DNA of 64,000 nt from Chrysomallon squamiferum (Eukaryota; Animalia; Mollusca): positions 3,720,001 through 3,784,000 of the forward strand of contig CM022669.1 of the NCBI GenBank assembly GCA_012295275.1. The letters run 5' to 3'. Of this stretch, positions 32,375 through 47,893 are shown in pieces. Position numbers and translations under genes: made by a program. The notes under the pieces were generated by a model. It made no database searches and was not told where the DNA came from. It worked only from the letters and a program-made list of their open reading frames with translations. Each line of letters opens with the position of its first letter. Position 1 is the first letter of the stretch.

Positions 32375-35300
32375 CGAGAATATTAGTTATATACTCACGT
32401 AAAATACTTACCTTTTGTAGTGCTTGGAGTTGTTTGTGGTTTATCACAGGTTACTAAATAAAGAAACAAATAAACAAACAAACAAACAAACAAACAAATA
32501 AATAAATAAATAAATAAATAAATGAACTTAATACATTTTAGAGACTTTGCAATTAACATATTTGTGTTCAGTATTAATTTGTTTTTACGATTTACCTATC
32601 ACAATTTTGTCATCCTCCAGTATTTAATATGTTAATTTACTAGTTACATTTATTTGTAAGCATATGTACTAACCGACATGTTCAATGTACAAATAATCTA
32701 TATGTAAACAAATAGTTAACAAGGTCTGAATGTTGATAATTATATGCAAATGTGTATGGTGGGAAGAACACGAATATGTATTTCAGTATAATTATTCTGA
32801 AACGTACCTTGACATATTCCATTATCACCTTTATCACCTTTTAGTCCTACTATACCTGAACAATAAAAAATAAAAATATTGTCATTAGTATGTATATGTA
32901 TACATTTGTATCTATGTATGTATGTATGTATGTATGTATGTATGTATGTATGTATGTATGTATGTATGTATGTATGTATGTATGTATGTATGTATGTATG
33001 TATGTATGTATGTATGTATGTACTCTGTATGTTTAGGTGTATATTAGTGGATATTAATATATGTATATATGTTCGTACATATACACTTATGTTTATTTAT
33101 ATCTTTGTGTGTGTGTTTGATTCTGAAAGAATGTAAATATATGTATAGGTGTATATGTATATACATGTATCATATGCACCTATACGATCATATACTTTTA
33201 TCTCTCTGTATTCTGAGTATGTTTTAATATTTAGCTTTTTACCTGGAGAGCCAGTTTCACCACGATCACCTTTTTGACCCTTCAGACCAGGTACCCCAGG
33301 GATCCCACTCTTGCCTCTGGGTCCTGGAAGTCCATCTGCACCTTTGTCACCTTTCCGACCCCGTCTTCCTTCGACCCCGTCTTTCCCGTCCAAACCTGGC
33401 GCACCTGATATGAGAGGAAATTAACTTTTACCATCGTCTTAGTTTACATTTTAGAGAAAGAAAACACACTAACTGTATCATATCTGAGCAAACACACTAA
33501 CTGTATCATATCTGAGCAACATACTCAAGCAACATAACTGTGCACGTATATATGGATAAGGACTTTTTCTCTTCAAAATATAACTTCTCTATGTTTTATT
33601 AACAAACATCTGTTAATTAATTACTTTGTGGGTATTTATGAGTTCGTGTGTGTATATCTTTCTGATTGTGCATGCGAGGGTGTGTGTATGTGTGTGTGAG
33701 CATGTGTCAGAATGCATGTATTATTAATTGTGTGTATTTGCATGTGTATGTGTTACTGATTGTTTGTGCATGCGTGCGTGCATGTGTGTCCATGTGTGTG
33801 CATGAGTCAGAATCAGAATTTATATAGGTGAATGAGTATGAAAGCTCGTGAAAGGATGTATTTGATACACACACAAACACACACATTCACATGTATATAT
33901 ATATATAACGGTTATATATCACTTCAATAGCCACTGAGATGTTCCATTGCCCGCTATGGCACTAAACATCTGCGTTTTAAGTATAATTACAAATGCATGT
34001 GTGTTACTCTATATTATCTTGTGTTTGTGCAAATAGTTTATACCTGGCTCTCCTGGTATCCCATCTCTACCGTCTTTGCCCGTGGGTCCTATTGGTCCGG
34101 GCGGGCCCGGAGGTCCCACAGGTCCTGTAACGAAATAAACAGTTTTAAATGTCAACACAATATTTAACTAATGCGTTTATAATGTTAACATTTCATTTTA
34201 TTTCAAACGACAATAATTTCTGTCATATAGAAACCAGTTTTACATGATAAATTTCAAATTATGTTAAGAATAACATTTTTTTTTTTTTTTTTTACTAAAA
34301 TAAGTAAGTGGATTTAGGATGTAATATATAAGAAATGTATTAGTAATCAATATATATAAAAATAAACGCTTATTTTAAGAATTTATCATAGTTTAATTTT
34401 TCGATTACTATAAAGGAATTTATATTACATTTCGTGCAACAATATTACTCATTACGATCTTATACTTTAGAAATCAGATTACAATGCTGTCAGAGCTGTC
34501 AGTGCCAGCGGTTTGTATGTTATTTCATTATTCTGAATTTTAAAGGATTCAAAGACAAGATAAAGAAAACTGTCCAAAGAAGCAGAGTATGATATGCAGC
34601 TGAACAATGATTCTAATGCATTCTCCTTCATGCCAAGACTAATTAGAATAAAAACACCATTACAACCTCAGCAACTCCATTAACATTAAACGCCTATCAA
34701 CAACAACAATAACAAGAACTCGATTAACATTAACAAATGCGTCATCAGCCACAACGATTACAAAGTACAAAAATAAAACTACATGTTTGTTTGTTTAATC
34801 TATGTGCTCATTACTAACTTATACATAAAGTAATACTTTGTGTGTGTTTGAAGTAATACTATTATGTATTACCTGGGTTAGATAGATACCCTTCTTTCAT
34901 CATATAATGTTTTATATAATAATGCCAAGAATGATTATCGCAAAACAATGTATGCAAAGTAAAGTTTTCTATGAATAAGAAGTATTTCGTGTATTACGAT
35001 CTAAACGTTTTCCTGGCTGTCTAGTCTATGTCTGTGAACGTTACAAGACAATACGTTTTGAAAAAGAACTGTTACATTTTTTAATGTTTGTTTTTGTTTC
35101 ACATTTAAATAAACAAATAAATATACACATGCACATAACATTATACATACATACATACATACATTATATATATAGTGACAACATTAAGACTATAAGTTAA
35201 TGTTCTAGTTTCTAGATTAGAAAATAACTGAAAGTTAAACTACAATGCTACAAGAACTGAAACCTGGCGGTCCTTTTTTGCCTGGAAATCCTAATAAACC

Positions 35301-35774
35301 TCTCAGACCTTTAGAACCTTTATCACCCTTCAGTCCAGGTGTACCTAATTAGTACCGAATATATAGTTTTGTAAAGGTAATGAATCCAAAGATGGAATAA
35401 TAATAATAATAATAATAAATAATAACAACAACAATAATAATAATAATAATAATAATAACAAGTAGTAGTAGTAGGACAATAATATTAGTAGTAGTACTAG
35501 TAATAGTAGTAGTAGCAGTAGTAGTAGTAGTTGTTGTAGTTGTTGTAGTACCAGTAGTAGTAGTAGTAGTAGTAACAATAATTATAACCATAATGAAATA
35601 TTAGTTATGTGTTTAATAATAACCTTAACTGAATGATATAAATGGTAGTTGCAAAAATAAGATGTTAGAAAGTTTTGCTTTTTCTTGCTGTTGTAGATTT
35701 AGTACTTGTAGTTATTGTTATTGTTCTCTTATTATTAGTAGTAGTAGTACTAGTAGTAATTGTAGTAGTAGTAA

Positions 35775-35818
<44 letters not shown>

Positions 35819-36526
35819 ATCTGTCAACTTTACTTACGAACACAAAAGGAACCAGTTTCTTTTTTCCCATTAAGTATTTGAAGTTTCGAATAATGAACTG
35901 GAAGCGTTTTTGTTTTGTTATGACGTTGACCGACAATGAAATGACGTAATGTCATTATCTAAGTACGTTCGTACCTATAGATATCTCTATTTCTCTGCTT
36001 TTCTCTATGTTTGTGTATGTGCCTGTGTGTGTCTGTGAGTGTGTCTGTTTGTCTCGCTCTACGTATGTGTGTGTGTGTGTGTTTGTGTGTGTGTGTGCTT
36101 GTGTGTGTGTGTGTGTTTATGCATATATATTATTTTATCCGTGCAAAATATTAATTTTAAATATTTATGTAAATGTATTTTGTTTTGGGAATCAGCTACT
36201 AGCCTAATGGAATGAATAATAATAAAAATCTTCTTACCTTCTTTTCCGTTCTGACCTGGTTTACCGTCAAGGCCAGGAGGTCCTCTGGGACCAGGTGGTC
36301 CTTCATCGCCGCGGTCCCCTTTCGGTCCGGGTAGTCCGGGAACGCCTTGTTCTCCTAGTGAGTTGTTAGTGAAATTATAAAAAAACCCAACTTACAATCA
36401 TTGTAAATTTTCATAAAATACAGTAAATTATTTATCTTTGTGTATTAAAAAAATAATAAACAATTAAATAAAGTAAATGATAATTACTATTCAAATGAAT
36501 AAATAAATAAATAAATAAATAAATAA

Positions 36527-36574
<48 letters not shown>

Positions 36575-39500
36575 CATGAAGACGACAACAGCAACAGATA
36601 TTGCATATTTTTACTCCAATATATATAAACATTTCACAATTTTTAAATTTTATTTTTGTTATTATTTTTAAGCACAATTGTGACTATAATTATGATTATT
36701 AATATTTTAAAGAATAAACTCTATTAATATATTTATTAGTTTAAAAACCTTTTTCCCCAGGAGGGCCTCTCAAGAGTTCGTTGTTGTGTAAGTTTTCTGA
36801 GACTAATCCCAGATCAGCTGATGTTCCTTTGTCTCCCGCATCACCTTTCTGTCCGGGAAGACCTTCAGATATAATACAATTAACATTACAAATTGTAAGT
36901 ACATAAAATAAAATAAAGTAACATAAATAAATAAATAAATAAATAAATAAAATAAAATAAATTAAATAAATAAATAAATAAATAAATAAAATAAAATAAA
37001 ATGAAATAAAATAAAATAAAATAAAATAAAATAAATTAAATTAAATTAAATTAAATTAAATTAAATTAAATTAAATTAAATTAAATTAAATTAAATAAAT
37101 AAATAAAATAAAAAAATTAAAATTAAATAAAATAAAATAACAAAATGAATAAATAAAATAAAATGAAATAAAATAAAATAAATAAATAAATAAAATAAAA
37201 TAAAATAAAATAAAATGAAATGAAATAAAATAAATAAAAATAAAATAAATACTATTACTACAACTATTATTACTATTACAACTAGTGCTAGTATTATTAC
37301 AACAGGTACTATTACTACTATTGCCAGATTATTATTGCTACAACTGTTACTAATACTATCTACTACAAATATTATTATTATTTTATCATTACTACTGCTA
37401 CTAGTACTATTATTACTACTACTGCAGCTACAACTATTATTACTACTACTGCAGCTACAACTATTATTACTGCTACTAGTACTATTACTACTACAACTAC
37501 TATCTTTGTTCTTCACGTCACTGAACTACATTTACAAAAAACTAATTACATCTTACCTGGTAGACCAACGTCACCCTTTTCACCTTTCTCACCAGCTACA
37601 CCTGGATCACCTAAAATGAATAAATAAACTGTAAGTCAGTGAATGAATGCATAAGCTTTGATATAATATCCATGGCTTGACTTTAAAAACGCCGATATAA
37701 CGATAACTATACGATAATTACAGGAAATAATATTCAGTTACCTGATGGTCCTTTTGCTGCACAGTATTCTTTGGCTGCTTTGCAGTAAGCTTCTAAAGCC
37801 ACGACCTGTAAAAATATAATAGAAAATAAAATAATGATAATGTCTCAAAGTATACACATATATAAGCATACATACATACATTACATACATACATATATAG
37901 ACATTCATGCATGCATATATACATACATACATAGAGACTTACATACATAACTGCATACGTACATACTTATTGCAGATACATAAATAAATTTAAACATACA
38001 TACATACTTACATACATACATGCATACAAACAAAACAAAACTCTGACATAGAAACATTTATATAGTCACATTTTACAGAATAATGAATTTTAATTACAGT
38101 AACGACGACAACAACAATAATAATAAGAAGAACAACAACAACAATAATAATAATAATAATAAAACAATAATTTAAATAGATCGTGATAAGATAGTATAAA
38201 TATTTTGATTCATTTTTATTTTTATCTTTTTATTTTTTAATTTTTTAATTTTTGTAAATCTTTTGAAAAAAAAAAAAAGTTAAATGGTATCCAGACCTAT
38301 ATTTAACATGTATAATAATACCTCTTTAATAGAAATATCAACACAAGTCTTTTCTTTTCTGTATAAAAAATTTTGAAGTTTAATTTTGTTTGAACGAGTG
38401 AATCGTTTTATACCATTGTTTAAGAGTTTTATCAGATTTTATGCTATATACATTTGATAGATTTGTAAAGCATGATAAGTATTAATGAGAATACGCCATT
38501 GAATTCGGAAACCAATATTTGCTATATGTCGTATGTTAATCCATTGTTCTGTTAGATCATAAAGAAACAAACAGTACTTCTTGACATATATACAAATACG
38601 TATATAAATATATATAAAAATATACATTATAAATCCATAAACAGAGAAATACATATAGATATTAACAGACATACCCATAAAACACATATAGACATACACA
38701 TGTACATATACATACGTATATACACGTACATATACATGGATTCGCACACATACATATACATATGTGTACATAAACAATATATACCCAGACATTCACATTT
38801 ACATACACACACAACTACCACATGCATATGCACAAACACATCAAACACATACATGAACATACGCGATAATTAAATTAATTTTAACAACTTGATGCTGAAA
38901 ATAATAACAGCAGCTGTATTCATTCGCCAGCATCAAATCTGCAGAATATCTTTATCTTTGTCTTGGAGTGAATATTCATTACTTTTATTCCAACACGTCT
39001 ACAAAAATCGAGGTGGTATTATTTACAGTGCAGAACGTGCTATGAATTTCAAGTGACCGTGACCGGAAATGTCAATTTTTCCTCAACGGAATTTATCTCT
39101 TGGAAAAAGAAAGGCGATATTTGCTCTGGTTTAAGCTGAAAATCCCGGCCTAAAACAAAACTGCTTGTTTGATCAATTTTCGATGTCCGATTTCTTTTTC
39201 TTTTCCTCCCGAGAAAAGACGCTCGCTGAAAGCGGAGACTATTTCGTTAATATTGCGATTAGAGCCTCGACGTCCTTAAGCGAAAATGAACCGAGTCAGA
39301 TATCGCAATCGCCAAGCAGATTCTTGAGTTTACAAATGTAAATCAATATAATCAGCTGTCTGCCGGTGTGGAAAAGATCACCGTGCAGAAGCATCGCCGA
39401 ACAAAAACTGTTGTAATTTAGTTGTGTACGAAGCAACTCATCGAAATGTAATTTACTCAAATCCTGATGAAAAAAAATGATGTGCGAGTAAAACGATGGT

Positions 39501-41999
39501 TATTATCACCGGGTGTTTAGCACACGGGTAATTAATTAAAGTGGTGAGGCGACGACGGAAAGATTGTTCATAAAACTAATTATAGATCCGTCTATGTATC
39601 TGTCTGTTTCTCTGTCATTCTCTCTGTTTCCTTTAATTTGTATCGTTTTCCATGTCGTCTTATTTATTTGTCTGTCTGTTTCTCTGCAGTGTGTGTTTCT
39701 CTGTTTGCGTGTGTGTGAATGTGTGGCTATGTGTCTCTGTGTGTGTCTGTGTGTGTGTTGTGTGTGTGTGTGTGTGTGTTTGAGAGAGCGATCGAAAGAA
39801 AGACAGACATACAGACATATATAAAGAGAGAGGGTGCAAGATAAATTATTTAATATATTTAAATCGAAATATATTTTAAGGAATACTTCCTGTTCTTTTT
39901 TATTTCTTTCTTTCATTTTCTTATATTCTTTCTTTCTTTTTTTCTTTCTTTACATCTTTCTTATATTTATTTATTTATCTGTGTAGCAAGTGCTTGTTTG
40001 ATCATTTGGAATATTGGAATATTTCTAACAGATGAAACAAGAACAATGATTATCACCTTTTTAATACATGCGCATACACACAATTAGAGCCTACACACAA
40101 ATAAATATAACTTTTAAGAAAAAGTTCTAAATCAAATGTTTAATTTTTTTTCGTTTTGACATTACCAGCGAAACCACATAACGTGACAGTAATGATTATT
40201 TTTTATAATAGTTTTATCTAGACCGTTTTCCCTCAAGAAACTGCGCTGCTGGATTCACTTAGTTTTGAACGCTGTCACGAATTTTCCGCGGCACCAGTCG
40301 TAAATCTGTTTTGACTAGAAGCTGCTGGAGATACATAAAACGATGGATATAACTCCCCAGCACAAATAGGTTTGCCGGGAGAACGGGACAGACAAAATCC
40401 AACCCGTAAGAACATAATAAAGATGTACGAGGATGCTGAGCCGGCAGACGAGCGATTTGAAGATTTCTTGCCACCTGATCGGGTCTAAATTGAAAATAAC
40501 ACTGTCACCGCAACACAGTCCAGACTAAAGAAAACTTAATTACTGTGAACTTTTTCCTGAAATAAACCTTATTCCACTTGTAATAAGTCATTAATTCAAA
40601 TCGTAAATGCCTGTAGAGTTTCAGCGCCGCCATCGTTCTCTGTCAGCGGGGAGAGGAGAGGAGCCGGCGGTGGCAGATAGAGCAGCAGCAAGCCGAGGAG
40701 CGAATTTGATTAGAGTGAGGTAACCGTGTTTGACGAGTGACAGTGTGCACTGGTAATTTTATGATTGTGTGTGCGTTTCTTTCAAAAACTTCACAAACAC
40801 TGGAATCATCTACGGACGGTGATTGCATTATGTTATTGTGATACCGCTGCTGCTTCTGCTGCAGTGATGATGATGATCATCATGATCATCATCATCGTTA
40901 TCATTACCAAGATTAATGTCAATATCACCAGTTCGTAATCATGACTATTTTTATAGCTTTACAATGATACTGATCGCCATTATTATCATCAAATGAATTA
41001 GTATAAGCATGTTCATTATCAGGTTCATAATTACCAACATCGTCATCACACTTGTCACCACCGTCATCATCAGTATTCTCATTATCATAGTGAAAAAAAC
41101 ATTTCGTTAAGCTAACTACTGTTAGTGTCGTTTATCAAATCAAATTAAAAAAAAAAACGTCTATACAATTGTAGCTTTAAAAGAATTCTCATTTTAAATA
41201 AAGAGTTTTTTTTTTTTTTTTTTTTTATTTCTGTTCATTCAGTAACTCCAGTTACGTGTAATAATTATATAATTTAATACAAAATCCAAGATTTTAAAAT
41301 TAAAACTTTATTGAAACGAGCTAGTAAATTCTGTTGTTGCGGCTGGGTTTGTTTTTTTGTGTGTGTGTGTGTGGTTTTTTTTTTTTTTTTAGGGTTGTAT
41401 TTGTTTTTTTCGTTGTTGTTATTGTTGGTGTTTTGTCTTATTGTTTTCATTTATTTATTTACTTATTTATTTATTTATTCGTGTATTTATAATATTTATA
41501 TATTTTTTTGTTTTGTTGCTACTGGGTTTTTTTTTGTGTGTGTGTTTTATTTTATTTTTATTTTTATTTTTTTTGAGAAAACAATGATGTGTAATTGCTG
41601 TTGAATCCCAGTACTACGACACAAACTTATTTTAGGATTAAAGGAAAATCTCTTTTTTTTAAATTATTTTCTTCTTCTTTATTTTTGTAAATTAAGTAAA
41701 CATCGCTTTCTGTTATTGAATTTGATCGATAATCAGATTGAAAGGATAATCGACGTAATCAGCATCATTCACAACGTCTCTAACATTACAGTTTTATCAC
41801 GCCTTCCGTCCTATTCACATCTAAACCGGATATTGTGCAGACAAACACACAGTGATGATTTCCTGAAGATATTGCTACAACTGCTACCACGGTTACTTCT
41901 ACGACAGCTACTATTAATATTACCACTTGCCAGCACCGCCACCATTACTACTGTTACTACTACTGCTGCTGCCATCACTTGTACTAGTAGTACAACTAG

Positions 42000-42038
<39 letters not shown>

Positions 42039-43042
42039 CACTACTCCTCCTACTACTACTACTACTGCTACTGCTACTACTATTACTACTACCACTAAGA
42101 CTGCTAACGGTAATACTACTACTACTACTTTGTACTACTAACTGTTTTACTAGTACTTTTTGTACTATGCTATTACTACTGTGTGTGAAGACGAAGTGTG
42201 TGTGTGTGTGTGTGTGTGTTGTGTGATGTGTGTGTTGTTTGTGTTTTAACTGTTTTATTGATAATACGTAGATTTTGTCAAATCTGTGTTTAAAGGTGTG
42301 TTTCAAATGGTGTGTTTGTGTTTGTAACCTTGATCACCCTGACTGAATTTTTGATTGATTATAATTAAATTTGTAGATTATTGAAATATTTATTACGCTA
42401 ATACATATATATACATATATAATTTAATATTATACATTACTTAGAATTATTTAGTTCACACGTTTATATACAAAACAAACAAATACGCACAGGCATCACA
42501 GGTAAACACATCAGCTTATTTTACATGCAGCACGCACAGACATTTGTGCATGTTCACACCAAACACATATAAACACATATAAACATGTTTAATAAACAAA
42601 ACAAAAAATAAAAATCTACACATTTATTATTTTACAATATAAAATAATTTATTTATTTATTTATTTATTTTTATTTTTATTTTATTTTATTTTTTTATTA
42701 TTATTATTTTTTTATAACTATGGTTTAATTTTGATTTAGGATATTATGCATGAATATTAAAGCTGATTAAAAGAACGGAAAATTGATATGCAGAATAAAA
42801 TGTCTAAGTTACACAAGGATATACATTCGCTAAAACAATAAAAAAATTAAAAAAAGTTTTTATTTCATCATATCACTGTGCTGAAACTTACTAAACAGGT
42901 AAAGCTTATGTGGTGGGAACGATTTGAAACACTATCTTAATTCTGGATGTGTCCATTAAATAACGTTGAAAATAAACATTATTTTTATTACTTACTTACT
43001 CACTTAATTAATTAATTAATTAATTTTATTTATTTATTTATT

Positions 43043-43123
<81 letters not shown>

Positions 43124-43620
43124 TAGGTTTTTTTTTCTGTACTTACCGGTATTCTGGAATAACCGCGCATCCACAACCAATTGTCCGGGTTTCCATCCTC
43201 ACCCGAACCTTCAAAAAAAGCATGGCGTTTGTGACGTTGCCAAAAGTTCAGTGAATTTTCTTGGAACTGTGGCTCAAAATCATTTTCACTTTTAGTGTCT
43301 GTCCAGTCGAAAACGTCGAAAAAATATTTATTTCCTTTTCCGGTAAAACTAGTTTGTCCATCTTTACTATATTCCTTAAGACGAGAGTATATTTCATGCG
43401 AAGGCTTGGGATATATTCGCAAATCAAGAATTTCTTTCCAAGACAACTTGTCTTCAAGTCCTGATTTTAAATAATTTAATTCCTGATATAAATACCATAT
43501 ACCAACTCCAATTATTACGGATAAGAAAAAAGTCCAAAGATATAACATTCGAATGTGGATATTTGCCGGAGAACAGCAGCATTTGCATCTCCTAGACCTC
43601 AAATCATTTTTAGTCTCCAT
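29538..43620 (-). CDS. GLDN: Gliomedin/colmedin-like type II transmembrane collagen with C-terminal olfactomedin domain, ~692 aa
   Basis: Twelve exons (minus strand): 43620-43147, 37805-37742, 37610-37557, 36862-36749, 36354-36238, 35344-35264, 34124-34044, 33404-33243, 32855-32808, 32453-32412, 32056-31985, 30307-29538; total 2079 nt, in frame. N-terminal TM ([21 protein letters not shown]), furin site [25 protein letters not shown] neck, Gly-X-Y exons, Thr-rich stalk, OLF domain ([52 protein letters not shown]). Confidence 0.9.
30836..30954 (-). CDS. Putative alternative exon of the gliomedin-like gene encoding a GPI-signal-like hydrophobic C-terminus
   Basis: Acceptor tgtatgttttccacag|. 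In the phase-1 frame of the exon ending at 31985 it reads [39 protein letters not shown]. It forms a GC-richer island in a very AT-rich intron. Confidence 0.6.
30995..31162. repeat. 29-bp minisatellite, ~5.8 copies
   Basis: Unit ATGGATAACAGTATGGTTYATGWCAGGAT in direct tandem with no spacers. Confidence 0.92.
32915..33022. repeat. (TATG)n microsatellite
   Basis: Perfect tetranucleotide run. Confidence 0.92.
33462..33519. repeat. Short exact tandem duplication (~29 bp x2)
   Basis: aaacacactaactgtatcatatctgagca occurs twice head to tail. Confidence 0.85.
36905..37500. repeat. Compound (AAAT)n/(AAAAT)n/(TTAAA)n and (TAC)n low-complexity tract
   Basis: Directly visible; source of spurious poly-F/poly-L ORFs. 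Confidence 0.9.
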
Positions 43621-44051
43621 TCAAAAAACTTTTTTCTTCTTCTTAATTTCCTCTCACTCTCTCTCTCTTTTATACGTAAAAAATCAACCACTCATTCGTA
43701 GAACGAAATGTCTGTACCAAACACACTCTTCGCATGGAGGGTTATAATGTTTGTCTCCTTGGTGGTTGTCTGCGTTATCTTCCGGGGCCCACTGCAAAGA
43801 CAATGTCACAATTAAGATAATTAAAACAATGTGTGCTGTGGTGCCAGTATCAATTGCTTCTCGCAGAAACGTAACACGATAAAGCTTGGATCAATTTCTC
43901 TTTTCGTACAACGGCTTTGGCCGAATCATTTATAAGAGAAATTTCGACAGAATATATCCCTACCTGTATTTTCTTCTTTAATAGATATCATTCGTTTTGT
44001 ATTGTGAGAAAGGCAATTTACCAAACGACTGGGCTGCAGTTTATTTATTGG

Positions 44052-44083
<32 letters not shown>

Positions 44084-44144
44084 AAAAGAAAGAAAACGAC
44101 ATAAGTAGAGATGTCCATTTACATTTTCTTTTTTTTCCTTCTTC

Positions 44145-44205
<61 letters not shown>

Positions 44206-44475
44206 AAGTAAATTGATTAAATAAATAAATAAATAAATAAATGAGAACAACTTACGTATCGGAAAACAAAGTCAGACATCAGCGTATTTACGTTGTTCCT
44301 TTATTACGTCATTCCTTCATTAAGACGAGCTATTTATTTTTGTTGCTGTTTTCGTCCTTATTATCATTATTATTATTATTAGTAGTAGTAGTAGTAGTAG
44401 TAATAACTATTTCTAGTAATTTATGTAGTAGCAGTAGTAGTCGTGGTGATATTAGTTATTGTTTTAATTACTACA

Positions 44476-44506
<31 letters not shown>

Positions 44507-44764
44507 CTACTATGGTAGTCTTGTTCTTTTATTATTAAAATCAGGAATTATGATTATGTAGTTGTTAAAAATGATATTTATAAATATTATAGGGTGTTAA
44601 AATAATAATAAAATGTATACACAACAAATCTGTCGATTACATAATAACAATTTGTTTAGTTTTTCATTTATACCATTTACTTTCAACTGAAATGATTATT
44701 TTATTATTGTTGTTGTTGTTGTTAATATTATATTATGTTATTAGAACAGTAAGAACAACAATTA

Positions 44765-44825
<61 letters not shown>

Positions 44826-44830
44826 AATAA

Positions 44831-44865
<35 letters not shown>

Positions 44866-45773
44866 ATACTACAACCTTCTATTTAAACAAATATGAACTT
44901 TATCAAAATCTGCTACTTACCATATCATATATTACTCCATTCTGAGAACATTATTTTTATTCCATGTTAGAATGAAGATAGCATCTTTCTAGCTTTCTTG
45001 TTAACGCCGTGGAATGTCCAGCTAACGATGAACAAAAGCGTGCTACGTTTAAAACGTAATTGTCTTCAAGGCAGTCATCACTGGAAGAAAATATTCTTCT
45101 TCCAGAAACCATGGTATTTTCAAAGATTAAGAAAGCGTGAAGAAGAAAATCGTGTGTTCTGCAAGAAATCGAATCTGCAGTGCACAACTGAGCTGATGGG
45201 TTAGTTTTGAATTAAAAAAAAAAAAAAAAACAAGAAAAAAAAGCGTTAAATCACACTCCGTTTACATATAACTGATCTGCAAAAATATGTTTTTGTGTAC
45301 GTTTGTGTGTGTGTGTGTGCAGGTGTGTCTGTGTCTGTGTGTGTTTGTGAATGTGTGAAGTGTGTGTGTCGATGAATGTGACGTATGAAGTATGGATGCA
45401 AATATAAAGATGTAAAAGAATTTGACTATTTTACTAAATATGTAAGACTGTATGCATATATGTGTATAAAAAAAAATAATTTTTTTTTACTATATCAGAT
45501 AAAGTTTAGTTATATTAAGGAGGTGAACTTCTATATCTATGTAATGTAGTCTTCAACTTTAGTGTTATTTTACTGCTGTTATTTCTGGTTTTATTTAATC
45601 GCATAATTATTTGCACGATTGAAACAAAAATAAATAATAAAAATAAAATAAAATAAAATAAAATAAAATAAAATTGTTTTTTTTTATCACCGGCAGTTAC
45701 AGGAAGAAAATCGATTAGCTTAACTTGTTTTGCTCTGTCCGACTTTATCTGATAATCAGCCAACTCTCCCTTC

Positions 45774-45875
<102 letters not shown>

Positions 45876-45997
45876 CTATGTTCATTTCTTTTGAATGATA
45901 TTCAATTTATTTTCAGAGTTGTAACTACCATAATAAGATCTGAAATCTACTTCTGCCTTAGGAGTTATATTAATATGAGACATCATTTTCAATCTCT

Positions 45998-46040
<43 letters not shown>

Positions 46041-47210
46041 TAATAATTATTAATAATATTATTAATAATGATAAAGATATTATTATTATTATTATTATTA
46101 TGTTATTAGGTTTTCTTTAAAAAGTACACTCAACACAAGACCGTGTTATTACTTATAAAATAACGACCATCTCATATACGCACATTTAATTCAGCCAGTC
46201 GTAATACGTTTTACTTGCTCTAAATGTTTTACCAATATTCATAAAACGTCGATTGTTTCCTTAATGACCGTTTTAATAAGTAAATTATTTAGTCACAGAG
46301 AGCAAAGGACTTAGAGGTCTTACAGCTTCTCTGTTAGCTCTGATGGTGTGGCGATGTTATCCTTGTAATTAAAGGAGATATAGCAGTTCGATCCATATAT
46401 CTACAAGTTCTAATAACTATAGCTTAACCAGTGCACTGTCGCATTCAGTATCTTTAATGCTTTTTCTTATAGAGCAGTTGTTATAAGCTATGAAAGAGTC
46501 GCTGTTCTTTGATACAGCCCTGAACTAGTTTGTCAAACAGTTCTGGAGTTTAATTAGAACTCGCCATCTGGCTGTTGTGTAAAATAAGTAATAGGAACAC
46601 AGTACATGGTTAAAAATACATCGGAGATATGTGACACTTTCTAGTTTAATTACAAGTGTATGCATATATATATATATATAGTTCAGTGTTCTATCAAATA
46701 TATATATGTAGGTAGGTATAGCTGTTTTACATATTATGATTATGATTATTATTATTATTTTTGTTGTTGTTGTTGTTGTTGCTGCTGCTGCCGCTGGTTT
46801 TTAAAAAAAATAAAAAATTATTTATTTGATTATATATATTGTTATGAATATCATCATTATCATCAACATCATCGTCGCTATTAACACATAATAAAAAAAT
46901 AAATAAAAACATAACAGAAAGTCCACAGAATTAGATTTAAGAATTTAATGTTTCAAATCATAATTAAGCTGTTGTTTGTTTATTCGTTTTTGTTTTTATA
47001 AATAACAGTCAGATTTTAATTTTGATTCATGTATCTTACATTAAACTTCTCCACTTTGACAGAAGAAAGAAGGAAAAAAATGTCTTCTGCTTGTCTGCTC
47101 TATTCGGAATCAGAATGTCTTTATATTAATATTAGCAAGAGAAGCTCACGAGAAAAACTTAACATATTTTACGGTTTGCATGCATGAACATATATCACCA
47201 AGCATTCTCT

Positions 47211-47652
47211 TTAACTGCAGACATAAACTATTGTAGAAATCCGCTTTATCGGACTGGTATAATAAAAATACCATTTGTAGCTTTCGAACACGAAGTACGA
47301 ATCGTTTCCGAGAAAGGCGGCTGCGGTTATACCATTAGGCGCTTCAGACCACGGGCTTTCAGGATCAGTCAAAGACTCAGTTTTGTTCAATAGGTATCTG
47401 GTTTCGTTCACGTCGTAGGACATGTGATAGACGTTGTTGGTTTTGAAGATGTACAGGTCTCGAAGACTGTCGTCGGCTTGTGTAATGGCGTCCATGTTGG
47501 AGATCCCAGGTAAGTTGAAGTACGCAGAAAACAGATCGGCTGGGCAAGGTTGAAAAGTGAAGTTAGTACCGTTACGACTGTAGCACGAACTGGTATTACC
47601 TGGGAAATAACAATAATAATAACAACAATAACAAATAGTAATGATAATAATA

Positions 47653-47684
<32 letters not shown>

Positions 47685-47860
47685 GTAATAATAATAATAA
47701 TGATAATAATAATAAGAATAAGAATAATAATAATAATAATGATAATAATAATAATAAAATAAATAATAATGATAATGATAATAATAATAATATAATAATA
47801 ATAATAATAATAAATAATAATAATGATAATAATAATAATGATAATAATGATAATAATAAT

Positions 47861-47893
<33 letters not shown>

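Noticed and set aside
44921-45205. GC-richer block with short ORFs and a minus-strand donor-like site upstream of the gliomedin gene
   Set aside because: No recognisable protein motif. It could be a non-coding 5' exon or a repeat, but neither can be supported from sequence alone.
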